Positions 1-11,302 of a stretch of 64,000 bases of DNA are shown here, in pieces (position 1 is the first letter of the stretch; the number at the start of each line of letters is the position of its first letter). Below the pieces are notes generated by a model, which worked only from the letters and a program-made list of their open reading frames with translations, did no database searches and had not been told where the DNA came from. Both the position numbers and the translations under genes were made by a program. The stretch is from Chiloscyllium plagiosum. Its lineage: Eukaryota. The stretch spans positions 46,031,897-46,095,896 of the forward strand of contig NC_057718.1 in the NCBI RefSeq assembly GCF_004010195.1, in the 5' to 3' direction.

Positions 1-63
1 CCTCTCCCAAACAGGTTCCTCCAAGATTAGTTGTGAATTTCACTGTTTGTTAATTTTCCCAGA

Positions 64-291
64 TATTTCTATTTACAACTATAAAAGATAAGTACTTGCT
101 TTATATGTTAGCAATTTTTATTGTAAATAAAAAGGGAAATTTTGAACAACATCACACAACGATGCACAGTAAACTCAAGGACACTTTTCTCTTGAAAGGC
201 ATGCTTTGGACAAAGAGCATTGCTGAACTGAAGGCCATTCAGAAAGCTTAACAACTTTTTTAGATCAATAAAATTTAAACCTGCACAGAAG
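64..291 (+). repeat. Left arm of a 228-bp inverted repeat (partner 1040-1267)
   Basis: 64-291 is the ungapped reverse complement of 1040-1267, with about 6 mismatches counted by eye. Confidence 0.95.
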
Positions 292-594
292 TGATACATG
301 AATTCAAACAGCAAAGGTAGTAACTGTGCAGATTCACTGCTGTGTCAGTTTCTTTCTCTCTCTCTCTCTGTCTCTCTCCTGCACTGACCCCACCATGTGC
401 TGCCTTTGTCTGTTCCTCTCCCTTTTAAGACTGCTGTTGTTTTGACATTTTTTTCTCCAACGTTCCAAAACAATGCAACAGCATATAAAACAGTAATTGC
501 TGCTCCTGGAATTCAAGGAAATCACCTTCAACACCCAAAATACCTCAAAAAAGGAGCAGCTGTTACAGGCAGAAATTTTTACCATCCTCCATCT

Positions 595-625
595 TTAGAT
601 TAGATTAGATTACTTACAGTGTGGA
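595..625 (-). mobile_element. Extremely 5'-truncated HE1/HER1-type 3' tail
   Basis: TTAGATTAGATTAGATTACTTACAGTGTGGA matches the tail of the full SINE copies at 48632 and 52532. Confidence 0.75.
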
Positions 626-649
626 TTAAAGTTTGTGATTGTCATCCAT

Positions 650-975
650 AAAGAGAATAAAGGCTAGGAGGAGATCTGATAAAAGTTTTCAGAACCATGA
701 GTGGCCTAAAGAGAGCAGCTAGGGCATAACTGTTCCCGCTTGTAAACGAAATGAGAATGAACCGGTGCAGATTTGAAGTAGCAAATGTGATGTGAGAAGA
801 AAACTTACTTGCACAATAAATGTTTTGGGTTTGGAGTGCACTGTTTAGCAGTGTGGTGAAAGCAAACTCAATTGATGCATTCATTAGATGATTATTTGGA
901 CAGAAGCAATGTGTAAGAATGCAAAGAAGCACAGTAAATCATAATGTTTGTTTGGAAACCCAGTAAAGAAAGGAT
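650..975 (+). mobile_element. Old CR1-type LINE 3' fragment
   Basis: RLGGDLIKVFRTMSG-like remnant resembles the CR1 ORF2 C-terminus seen at 2850-2900. Confidence 0.6.
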
Positions 976-1039
976 GAGCCATTTGCAACTGTGAAAGATT
1001 TCTTACCTTTTATTGGAAGATGGCAAGGATGAAATGATG

Positions 1040-1267
1040 CTTCTGTGTGGGTTTAAATTTTATTGATCTAAAAAAATTGTTAAGCTTTCTGAACGCCCTT
1101 CAGTTCAGCAATGTTCTTTGTCCAAAGCATGCCTTTCAAGAGAAAAGTGTCCTTGAGTTTACTGTGCATCGTTGTGTGATGTTGTTCAAAATTTCCCTTT
1201 TTATTTACAATAAAAATTGCTAACATATAAAGCAAGTACTTATCTTTTATAGTTGTAAATAGAAATA
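1040..1267 (-). repeat. Right arm of a 228-bp inverted repeat (partner 64-291)
   Basis: Reverse complement of 64-291. ORFs 108..314(-) and 1080..1298(-) arise from this duplicated sequence. Confidence 0.95.
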
Positions 1268-1997
1268 CATCTTCCCATTCAGTGTGGAACGTGTACATTT
1301 TTAGTTTCTTTTCAGATGGTCTGGCCTCATCACTTTGTAGTTTGTGACATCACCCTGCTGCTGGCCACAGCAGGTTGATCCCTGGTCTGCGCCCCTTGAA
1401 CATCAGAATATTGCCTGCTGCTTTCCTGTGTGGAAAAGGCTGTGATGTGACTGCTCTGGACAGGACCCTGCTCAGCTTGAGTTGCTTGGGTATCAGACGT
1501 GGGTGTGGCAATGCCAGTATAATATTCTTTTGTCCTGCTCAGGCCTATTAGATAAGCAGCTGAAGAAAGGAAAATTGCAGGTCTATAGAAAATGAGCAAA
1601 GGAACAGGACTAGCTGAAGCAGTCTGGCATGGACATGATGAGCTGAATAGCCTTCTATATTTCTGGTACTGTAATACAGTGGCTTCGTATATCAGCTTCA
1701 AGTCTGTTTCTAATTTGTTTGTTTGTAATAACACCACAAAATTTACTTTGTCCTGCAATGATAGTCAATCTGAGCCAAACTGAAACACAATGCAAGAAGC
1801 TGGCAAAGCCTGTTAAAAGGATGTATTTAGCTCTTGCCGTGTGGCTACTGAAAGTGGAACTGCTGCAACATGATAACTGATGCAAGTATGATGAGGAATC
1901 GTGGATGCACGGTGAGATCAACTGTCAGAGACTCTGCACTCAACAATTCGATCACAATCTACACCTTGGAGATCTGGCGCTCAGCTCACACAGTTAT

Positions 1998-3218
1998 GTG
2001 AAAGATAGGTTCATGCCTCACAAACCTTATTGAGTTCTTTGAGAAGGTGTCCAAACTGGTGTACGAGGGTAAAGCAGTTGACGTGGTGTATATGGATTTC
2101 AGTAAGGCGTTTGAAAATGTTCCCCAAGGTAGGCTATTGCAGGAAATACAGAGGCATGGGATTGAGGGTGATTTAGCGGTTTGGATCAGAAATTAGCTAG
2201 CTGAAAGAGGGTGATGATTGATGGGAAATGTTCATTCTGGAGTTCAGTTCTGCAAGGATCTGTTTGGGGCCATTGCTGTTTGTCATTTTTATAAATGACC
2301 TGGATGAGGCTATAGAAAGATGGGCTTCTAAATTTGCGGATGACACTAAAGTAGTTGGAGTTGTGGACAGTGTGGAAGGATGTTGCAGGTTACAGAGGGA
2401 CATAGGTAAGTTGCAGAGCTGGGTTGAGAGGTAGCAAATGGAGTTTAATGTGGAAAAGTGTGAGGTGATTGACTTTGGAAGGAGTAACAGGAATACAGAG
2501 TACTGGGCTATTGGTAAGATTCTTGGAAGTGTGGATGAGCAGAGAGATCTCGGTGTCCATGTGCATAGATCCCTGAAAGTTGCCACCCAGGTTGATAGGG
2601 TTCTTAAGCAGGCATATTGTGTGTTAGCTTTTATTGGTAGAGGGATTGAGTTTCGGAGGCATGAGATCATGTTGTAGCTATACAAACCTCTGGTGCGGCC
2701 GCACTTGGAATATTGCATACTGTTCTGGTCGCCACATTATTGGATGCAGAGGGTGCAGAAGAGACTTACCAAGATGTTACCTGGTATGGAGGAAAGGTCT
2801 CATGAGGAATGGCTGAGGGGCTTGAGGCTGTTTTTGGTAGAGAAAAGAAAGTTAAGAGGTGACTTAATAGAGGCATACAAGATGATCAGAGGATTAGATA
2901 GAGTGGACAGTGATAGCCCTTTACCTTGGATGGTGATGGCTAGCATGAGGGAACATAGCTTTAAATTGAGGGATGATAGATATAGGACAGATATCAGAGG
3001 TAGGTTCTTTACTCAGAGAGTAGTAAGGGCATGGAATGCCCTGCCTGCAACAGTAGGGGACTCGCCAACATTAAGAGCATTGAAATGGATAGACATATGG
3101 GTGATTAATGGAATTGTGTAGGTTAGATAGGCTTTGGAATGGTTTCCCAAGTCGGTGCAACATCGAGGGCCAAAGGGCCTGTACTGTGCTGTAATGTTCT
3201 CTGTTCCATGTTCTATGT
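1998..3218 (+). mobile_element. 5'-truncated CR1 (HER1-like) LINE, RT and 3' UTR, decayed
   Basis: Motifs [56 protein letters not shown] and LRGDLIEAYKM, plus a (GTTCTAT)-like tail. Stops and frameshifts are present. Confidence 0.93.
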
Positions 3219-3296
3219 CACCCTGCCACACATTTCTCCATGTAATTTCCACAGTCAGCTGGAGCAGGAAGACATGGAAAGTTGTGACTATGAAAG

Positions 3297-3600
3297 CAAA
3301 AAAAAAACCTTGCATTTACACAGTTATTTTCACGACTTGAGGGCATTCCAAAGCACTTCACAACAAATAAAATGCTCTGGACGTGTAGCTACTGTTGCAG
3401 TGTCGGAAACATTGTGGTCAGTTTTCTCTTGGCAGGCTTTCACACACTGTAATGACCAGATAATTTTTTTTTGTAGTGTTAACTGAAGATATGTATTGAC
3501 AAAAATGCCAGAGATAACTCCCTTGCTCTTCTTCAACATCGTCTCATGTGTCTTCCACTTAGAGACCAGATAAGGCTTCAAGTTAACTGAACAGTGCAAC
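3297..3600 (-). mobile_element. Deu-domain SINE (SacSINE1/AmnSINE-like), old
   Basis: Minus strand reads GAAGAAGAGCAAGGGAGTTATCTCTGGC...ATTATCTGGTCATTAC...GCTTTGGAATGCCCTCAAGTCGTGAAA...AAATGCAAG, matching my recollection of the Deu domain and tail. Confidence 0.7.
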
Positions 3601-4379
3601 AGTTGATATTAATGCCTTGGAATATCATTCTTGATTTTTCAAGCTGGAGGAAGAGCATTAGAGACAGCAACTTCCCGGCTCAGGAATAACTGCACAACTG
3701 ATTGATGCACAGTTGACACAGAGCAGAAAAGTTCCCCCAGAGAAACCATCGGAACTGTGTAAGTTTCAAAAAGTTTTTTACGGCCAGTAATAGGGGAAAC
3801 AAGCTTTTAAAAAAGGCACGAGAGCAGTAACAGCCCATGAGCAGTGTAGGAGACAAATCCAAATCAAGTACCCACAAAAAACCTCATTAGCAGACTTCTG
3901 AAACAGTATAAACTTACAGCTTTCAATATTAGTTCACAAGCAAAATCTTGACCACATCAAAGGTACAACAACAACTTTAATTATTTAAGAAGACCAATAA
4001 ACTGAATAGAGTAGGAGCAGTTCACAATCCGAACATTATTCTTTCAAATCAAAGAAAATAATCAACAACTTCAAGTACTTATCAACAATCAATCAAAGCA
4101 ATAGAATTCATCAGCACCAATCTTTTCACCACAAAAGTTTAAGTTTTTCACATTGAGTTAACAAATTTCTAAACTATTCATGCAACAACCAAAGTTAACA
4201 ATAGCAAGTTAAAATAATTCTCAAAGAATGTCGATTGTAAATGAAAAACAATGGAAATAGGAATCTTTATTGCAATTTAAAGAATCAAAGTCAGCAAAGT
4301 TCGCAAAGTCCATCTTTTGTGTCCATTTGATGAATCACTGAATCTGCAGAGATGAAAAACACAATTCCTAACAGCTTGA

Positions 4380-5230
4380 ACAGTTTCTGGACTGAACACC
4401 AAATCAAATGCAGAACAGTCTAGCATACCACAAGGGAAATACATCAGAGCAACAAATCAATGAGGCACAAATTTGAATTCGATAATAAAAAATTCTGGAA
4501 TTAAGAGTCTAATGATGATCATGTAATCATTGTCAATTGCTGAGAAAAACACCTATGGTTCACTAATATCCTTCAGGGAAGGAAATCTGCCATCCTTACC
4601 TTGTTTGGCCTCTATGTGACACCAGACCCACATCCTTGTGGTTGTCCCTTAACAGTTAGGGAGAGGCAATTATTGCTGGCTTGGCTAACAATGCCCACAT
4701 CCTGTGAATGAATTTCTTAAAAAAAAATGTTTGGCAATCTTATGCCAGCTTTAGATTCAATCTTTCACTTCAAGAACATATGCAATACTAGAGAAATCAT
4801 GCTCAAAGATCAGATATCAACTCCCAGCAGATAGCTTCATTAATGTTCTGTACTATGTGAAACATGCAGATATGGAAACTTACGATAATAGCTCACTTGT
4901 GACAGGTTCTTCATTGGTCTCTTCAATCAAAACAGCATCTAACTCCAGAAAGAGCAGTCCTAAAGGAGCAGTTCAAAAACAACCTCAATCGAGAGTCTAG
5001 AAAACTGTTCAAGAGGCAATGTACAGTAAAAGTTTCATTTCATCCAGAACATTATATTAGACATGTTAGCCATATAAAACAAAATAAATGACCTGATTAG
5101 AGGAGACAGACCTCTTATATGAAGAATGTACATGTGACAACATTCACCTGAAATCTAAGCAATCTTGTCATAGGTGTGGTTTCTATATTCCACATGAATG
5201 ATGACAAAACTATCCTGCTGTCTGATAAAT
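4380..5230 (+). pseudogene. Highly decayed Gypsy-type gag relic, interrupted by a SINE
   Basis: Frameshifted translation QLPADSFINVLY / ETCRYGNLR**LTCDRFFIGLFNQ / LTPERAV, then the zinc-knuckle-like SCHRCGFYIPH..YPA near 5165-5220. Confidence 0.55.
4465..4725 (+). mobile_element. Shark SINE of a second family (GGAAGGAAATCTGCC core)
   Basis: Shares TGGTTCAC..GGAAGGAAATCTGCCATCCTTACC..TGTGAC.CCAGACC with the copy at ~36335-36630 and ends in an A-rich tail. Confidence 0.7.
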
Positions 5231-6530
5231 AACATACTCACTGGAGCAAAACAGATCATTTCTCAAAGACTTGCTGAACTCTGAAGAACATACTAAGCAA
5301 CAACTCAAACCCGTCCCAACTCAATGTGTATTCGTGTCTTGGAATAGAATTTTGAACAAGCTCCTTTACATGAAGAACGATAAAGCATGGATGGTCTACT
5401 TCATTTCTTCTTTGGAGAACCCACAACTATATCAGATGTTAATAATGGAGTACACAATATGTGGAGTAGAAATAGAACTACTATGAAATCCCCATATATC
5501 TTGTTATCTGCTGCACATTACGGCATGTTCCTTCAGCAAATTGATTGAATGTCTGGCCTCACAGAAGCTGGCAGGAATTACCAACTTTACCTCAAGTGTT
5601 TCTATACCTGGACAAAGACTTTGCTGATATACCAATCAAAATAAATGAAGCAAGTCAAAGACATAGCAGGGGCAGTATAAACAGGGAACTAAAGTATATA
5701 GCAAATGAAAATGGACATAACTCTTTTGAAAATGTAAAGACCTGTTGGTCAATGTTAATGATAAAGGGAGAAAAGTTCAGGAGAGGTGTTTGGTAAGTGT
5801 TTCAGGACCCAGCAAATGTATAATGATATAATGGATCTGCATAATACTGAACATAAATAGTACAGTGTGGGCAGAGTTAGAACTCTCGAGAAGAATAGAT
5901 TGTACTACAGTAGACTACAACTTTAGAGAGTGTTAAGAACGTATTGACATGAACAGAGGTAGATTAGTCCTTTCCGATGTATCACAAAACTGATTTCTTT
6001 TTTCTAAAAGCTGTTCCTTTTCTCAAGGATACGAGGTCCTTGTTTTTTTTTCAGAGGGGTAATAGATTGGTCTTGGTTCCGATTAGTCTGGTTTGGTACA
6101 GAGCTTAAAGGATATTGATAGGCCTTTTTGTTTATATGTAAATGGATAAGACTTCAGGCCGAAGTGGTCACGTTTTAGAAGTGACCTGTATAATGAAAGG
6201 TGAGTAGTCAGTTCTCTAGCTGAGCAGTTTATTTCAGTTCAGAACTGGTTCGAGTTCAACAGTGAATTGTGTGGAAACAAACTTTCTTTCTTTCTGCCCT
6301 TCTAACTTCAACCTGTAAGCATGTGTTCCATTTGTACTAGTTTTTAAGGGGGTTTGTTTATTGGGACGGTTGTGTATACTCAAAACAGCATACTTAAGTC
6401 TAGTTTGGATAGACTGAGTTTTGTAGGGGTTCTTTGTTCTGTTCTTTGTGTTTCATTGTGTAATTTTGTGAATATATTTTTGTCTGTTTTAAAATCTAGT
6501 AGTCAACCTAGCTAACTTACTCCACGTAAT

Positions 6531-6755
6531 GGCACGGTGGCACAGTGGTTAGCACTGCTGCCTCACAGCGCCTGAGACCTGGGTTCATTTCCCGCCTCAG
6601 GCAACTGTCTGTGTGGAGTTTGTACATTCTCCCCGTGTCTGTGTAAAGCGCAGCAGGTCAGGCAACATCCAAGGAACAGGAGAATCGACGTTTCGGGCAT
6701 AAGCTCTTCTTCAGGAATGAAGGGCCTGTTTCCACACTAAGTAATCTAATCTAAT
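6531..6755 (+). mobile_element. Chimeric HE1-type V-SINE with a Penelope-like segment replacing its middle
   Basis: tRNA-like head (TGGCACAGTGG A box, GGTTCATTTCC B box) at 6531-6644, Penelope-like segment at 6645-6718, and SINE tail GGGCCTGTTTCCACACT..(TAATC)n to 6755. Absent from the 3' LTR. Confidence 0.85.
6682..6718 (-). ncRNA. Minimal type I hammerhead ribozyme motif (Penelope-type)
   Basis: Minus strand: ATTC-CTGAAGA-A-GAGC-TTAT-GCCC-GAAAC-GTC-GATTC. The core CUGANGA...GAAA and the GUC site are intact, with one mismatch in stem II. Confidence 0.7.
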
Positions 6756-6804
6756 TACCGAAACAAATTGCAAAGTTATGGTCTGGCCTAGTCCATAACA
6801 GACT

Positions 6805-6823
6805 TGGGGGCTGTTTGTGGGAT
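6805..6823 (+). promoter_or_regulatory. Primer-binding site, tRNA-Pro-like, degenerate
   Basis: TGGGGGCTGTTTGTGGGAT begins 4 nt after the LTR end and resembles the tRNA-Pro PBS TGGGGGCTCGTCCGGGAT. Confidence 0.7.
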
Positions 6824-6901
6824 TTTAAACAATGAGTGGTAGGTGCTAGTGTCTTTGTTTTGGGTGTTGGTTTGGTTGGGTAGACAAAGCTTGGGATAGT
6901 A

Positions 6902-7690
6902 ATGGCTCTTTCAGTCGCCAAAGGTTTTCTGGAAGTGGATGTAGTCACTTTGGAAGTTTTGCAAAAAGTAAATAAGACCAAGCTGCAGGAATTAGCAGAG
7001 AAGCTGGAGTTGGAACTGTCTGCTTCTGTGAGGAAAGGAGAGATAATTGGAGCAGTAGTTCAGCGTTTAAACTTGCTGGAGAAACCAGCAGAATCTATAA
7101 AGGTGGCAAGAATTCAATTGCAAATGAAGCAGCTTGAGCTGGAGGTGAGAGATAAGGAAAGGACAGCAGAAATGTAACAGTTTGAGTTACGATTAAAAGC
7201 AGAAGAGAGGGAAAAAGAGAGCAGCAGAACAGAGAGAAAAAGAGAGAGCAACAGAAAAGAGGGTAAAAGAGAGAGCAGAGGAAAAAAGAGAGCGGTTTTG
7301 AACTTCAAAAACTGACACTTTAAAAGGAAAGTCAGCTGAAAAGACTGTCCATAAAGGCTGAAGGAAACCTTAGCGAACTCATGTGGAAGAGCAGAGAGTT
7401 AAAACAGCAAGGTTAGCAGCTGAAGTGGCTTATGGATATGAGTTGGTCCATAAAACGTAATTTGGCTTCCAGAATCAATTTCAGTCCATGAGGGATAGAA
7501 ATTGGGGCAAAGCGAAATCCTCACGTGGAAAGGGAAAGGTAATCTCAGTGAAGACCATAAGGATGATTTACCATAGGGAAAAAAAAGAAACCATTGGGGG
7601 GGGTCAAAGAAGTTAAAAAGCACCGGTGTTTTCACTATAATAAAGCGGGCCATGTGAAATCACAGTGTTGGTGGGCTAGGAGAAAGCCAA
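6902..7690 (+). pseudogene. gag remnant (coiled coil, C-terminal end of the SCAN/capsid-like region, zinc knuckle)
   Basis: MALSVAKGFLE...KTKLQELAEKL, an E/R-rich coil, RTHVEEQRVKTARLAAEVAYGYELVHK, and CFHYNKAGHVKSQC (CCHC with the second C changed to Y). Confidence 0.85.
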
Positions 7691-7824
7691 ATGTAGGTAA
7701 ACCAGACAAGCCTGGAAGTTTTGTTGGACTAGTAACAAAAAGCACAAGGGAAGTCAGACAGCTGCCTCAGAGTGTACAAAATGATCAGAAGTTGATTATG
7801 GAAGAAGTGCCAAAACTGCTTAAA

Positions 7825-8130
7825 AAATATATATGCAAGGGTAATGTTTATTCACATAGGCCAGGAGTAGTAGGTAAAGAAGTTTCAATATTAAGGGAAC
7901 AGGATCCTCTCAGTCTGTAATGCTGAAGAATGAGGAGACATGTACTCCTGCGGGACTATTGCCAGAAAAGGTAACAGGAATTCATGGTGAGACAAAAAGT
8001 GCTTAATTATGTAAAATGAGGCTAGAGAGTCCAGAGAAGAGGGGGGAATTTGTGGAAGGAGTACTGGACAAACGCTCAGCCCCAGGAACACAATTTGTCC
8101 TTGCAAATTATATAGCTGATTCACCAGTAG
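7825..8130 (+). pseudogene. Aspartic protease remnant
   Basis: VSILR then a frameshift to TGSSQSVML gives an LRDTG active site with a 1-nt deletion. GVLDK..PGTQFVLANYIA follows (LGNDL-like). Confidence 0.75.
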
Positions 8131-8379
8131 GCATGTTGCCGACTCTAATCGAAAAGCCAGTGGAGACGCAGGCAATTGAACAAATGAAGAATGATTTTTC
8201 CAGGAGTTTTCCCTGATTGTGTGATCACAAAATCACAGAGGCACAAGTTAAAGCAGGAGGGATCAAAAGGCACAGATAAGGAAGCTGACATAGTGTTATC
8301 CAAGACGTTTTGATCAGATAAGTGGATCAGAGAAGGAGCAAATAGGTAAACATGCAATTTTATTTAGCTCTACTAAGCT

Positions 8380-9620
8380 GATTGAATTACAGCAGAAAGA
8401 TGAGAACTTAAAACAGTTGTATCAAAAGGCATTTACAGAGAAGGAAAGTGAATGCATTCCTGTGTGTTATTACTTAAGAAATGATGTCTTAATGAGGAAA
8501 TAGAGACCATCACACATTTAAGCAGATGAGAAATGGTCAGGGAATCATCAAATTGTTTTGCCAGTGGGGTATAGAAAGGAGATGCTGCAAGTGGCACATG
8601 AGCTATCACTTGGAAGTCATTTTGGGGTGAGGAAAACACAGGCTAAAATACAAAGACATTTTTACTGGCCTAGACTACACAAGGATGTAGTTGAATTTTG
8701 CCAGATGTGTCATACATGTCAGCTAATCGGAAAGCCACAGACAGTAGTAAAACCTGCACCTTCAATACCTATTCCAGCATTAAAGGAACTATTCACAAGC
8801 TTCTTGATTGATTGTGTAGGTCCTCTACCTCAAACAAAAAGTGGGAATAAGTATTTATTAACAATAATGGATGTGTCGACTAGATTTTCAGAGGCAATCC
8901 CATTTTCAACATCACAGCTAAAGAAGAATTACTTAAAGTTTTTGCTAGATATGGACTGCCAATAGAGATCCAGTCAGATCAAGGATAAACTATTCAAGGA
9001 GATTAGGGATAATTTGGGAATAAAGCAATTCAAATCTACTGCGTACTATTTGGAATCCCAGGGAGCATGAGAGAGATGGCATCAAACACTTAAGACCATG
9101 TTGCAGGCTTATGGTCAAGATTATCCAGATGATTAGGATCAGGGTGTTCTGTTTGTACTTTTTGCGATCAGAAATGCACCGAATGAATCGATCAAATTCA
9201 GTCCATTCCTTCATTTGAATTAATTTTTGGGCATGAAGTAAGGAGACCGTTAAAATTGATTAAGGAGAAATTAATAAGTCAGAATTCAGAGACCATCCAT
9301 TTGAATTATGTGTCAAATTTTAGAGAATAATTAAATAGTTTAGATTAGATTAGATTAGATAAGAATCCCGACAGTGTGGAAATAGAGATGGAGAGTTGGC
9401 TAGACAGCGTTTAAAAGTATCACAGCATACAATGAAACAGGAAGCGGGTAAGAAATCACAAATTCACAATTTTGCAATTGGGGATGCCTTTAAAAGCAAG
9501 GTTTAGTGGACCTTATCAAATTGAGAAGAAATTGAGTGAGGTGAACTACTTGATAAGGACTCCAGGCAGGAAGAAATCTCACAGAGTGTGTCATGTGAAT
9601 ATGCTCAAAAAGTATTTTGA
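8380..9620 (+). pseudogene. Integrase remnant (HHCC, DDE core, GPY/F), upstream of RT
   Basis: AHELSLGSHFGVRKT..FYWP..CQMCHTCQ, IDCVGPLP..YLLTIMD..TRF, IQSDQG, ERWHQTLKTML and RFSGPYQIEKKLSEVNY..CHVNMLKKY. Confidence 0.92.
9339..9379 (-). mobile_element. Tail-only HE1/HER1-type insertion in the integrase
   Basis: (TTAGA)4...CCCGACAGTGTGG flanked by the duplication AAATAG at 9333-9338 and 9380-9385. Confidence 0.75.
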
Positions 9621-9779
9621 TAGGGAAGGAAAGCAAGAGGAGAAGGTATTAATGATTACAGCACAGAAGGAAGAACCAAGTTCAGAGGATTCTGAATTGG
9701 ACATTCCTCAAATCAAATTGGACAGTGAAGAAGTTGTCAAAAACTGGGATAAATTATTGAGTTACCCTCCACAAAAAAG

Positions 9780-10500
9780 TTGACATGACCTGAAAGAGTT
9801 ATTACTATCACATGGAGAGATATGTGGAAATAAACTGGGAAGTACTAACCTAATTGTGCATGATGCAGATATAGGAGATGCTGTTCTGATTAAGCAACAT
9901 CCTTATTGGCATAACCCTCTAAAGTTGGCACTTGTTCGGAAGGAGTTAGAGCGCATGCTCCAAGATCGCATAATCGAAGTGAGTTACAGTGACTGGAGCT
10001 CACTCATAGTCATGGTGCCAAAGCCAGATGGTACCCAACGGTTTTATGTGGACTTTTGCAAAGTCAACACTATTACAAAGATTGATGCATATCCAATTCC
10101 ATGGTTGGAGGACTGTGTTGAAAAGGTGGGCCAAGCAACTTACATTTCTAAGTTGGACTTGATCAGAGGCTACAGGCAAGTACCTCTGTCAGAGAGAGCA
10201 AAGGCAATTTTGGCTTTTGTAACACCAAATGGGCTATATTAGTTCAAAGTCATGCCATTTGGTATGAAAAATGCTCCAGTCCCTTTTTAGAGACTTACTA
10301 ATGAGGTCATTAACGGATTACCCAACTGTGTGGTGTATATTGATGACCTGGTGATTATTATTTACTCATGGAAGGAACATTTACAGCATTTATCAGACTT
10401 GTTCGATTGACTTCAGAAAGCAGGCTTGGTGGTAAACCTAGCTAAAAGTGAATTTGCCAAAGCCCAGGTCACCTTCCTGGGCCATGTCATTGGGCAAGGA
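9780..10500 (+). pseudogene. Reverse transcriptase remnant (Gypsy type)
   Basis: IKQHPY, SDWSSLIVMVPKPDG..RF.VDF.KVN, DAYPIP, SKLDL..GY.QVPL, FKVMPFGMKNAP..F and VYIDDL. Confidence 0.93.
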
Positions 10501-11150
10501 CAAATGGCCACATGAGATGCAAAAACGAAAGTAATTGGGGAATTTTCCACACCGTCAATGAAAAAAGCAGTACGACAGTTTCTGGGATGGAGTGGAGTTT
10601 ACCAAAAGTTTGTGCTGAACTTTAGAGATGTGGCTGCTTCACCCACCAAATTGTTAAAAAAGGGCAAGAGGTTTCAGTGGACAGCGAACTGTCAAACGTT
10701 ATTTGACAGCCTAAAAACTGTGTTAGCTACTGTCCCAGTATTAGCCACACTGGATTACACAAAGCCTTTCAAAGTGGCTATTGATGCCAGGGATGTGGGT
10801 GCTGGTGCTGTGCTCCTGCAGGAGGATGACGAGGGAATGGAAAGACCCAATGCGTATTTTTCCAGGAAGTTGAACATTCATAACCAGAAATATTCAACAG
10901 TGGAGAAAGAGACTTTAAGCTTGGTATGGGCATTACAACATTTCAGTGTTTATATTACCAGCAATGCATCAGAGACAATCGTATATACTGATCAGAAGCC
11001 ATTGACATTTGTGGAAAGATTTAAGGACAAAAATGTCAGACTGTTTAAGTAGAGCTTGTTGTTGCAGCCATTCAGTTTGACAATTGGGCACGTGGCAGTG
11101 GCAGGTCAGAAAACCATGACTGTCCATGCGTTATCGCGACTCGAATGAGA
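10500..11150 (+). pseudogene. Connection and RNase H remnant
   Basis: VRQFLG..G.Y.KFV.NF, FKVAIDARDVGAGAVLLQED, YFSRKL..YSTVEKE.L and TDQKPL. Confidence 0.92.
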
Positions 11151-11289
11151 TACGGGGCATTCAGTGGTGAGTGTGCCGTAGCCTGAATTCGCATGTGATT
11201 GTGCATGCTTGTATGTTTATAGTTGGTATAGTATATATATGTGTTTAAAAATGAAGCCATCTTTTAGTGTTGATAGCTTATTATTTGTT

Positions 11290-11302
11290 AAGGGGGGGGT
11301 GG
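11290..11302 (+). promoter_or_regulatory. Polypurine tract
   Basis: AAGGGGGGGGTGG lies immediately before the TG start of the 3' LTR. Confidence 0.85.

Larger units (their letters stand above)
5980..6800 (+). repeat. 5' LTR (contains a SINE chimera at 6531-6755)
   Basis: Starts TATCACAAAAC (3' LTR: TGTCACAAAGC), ends CCATAACA and is colinear with 11303-11880 at roughly 85-90% identity by eye. Confidence 0.9.

Noticed and set aside
341..378. (TC)n tract
   Set aside because: Ordinary microsatellite.
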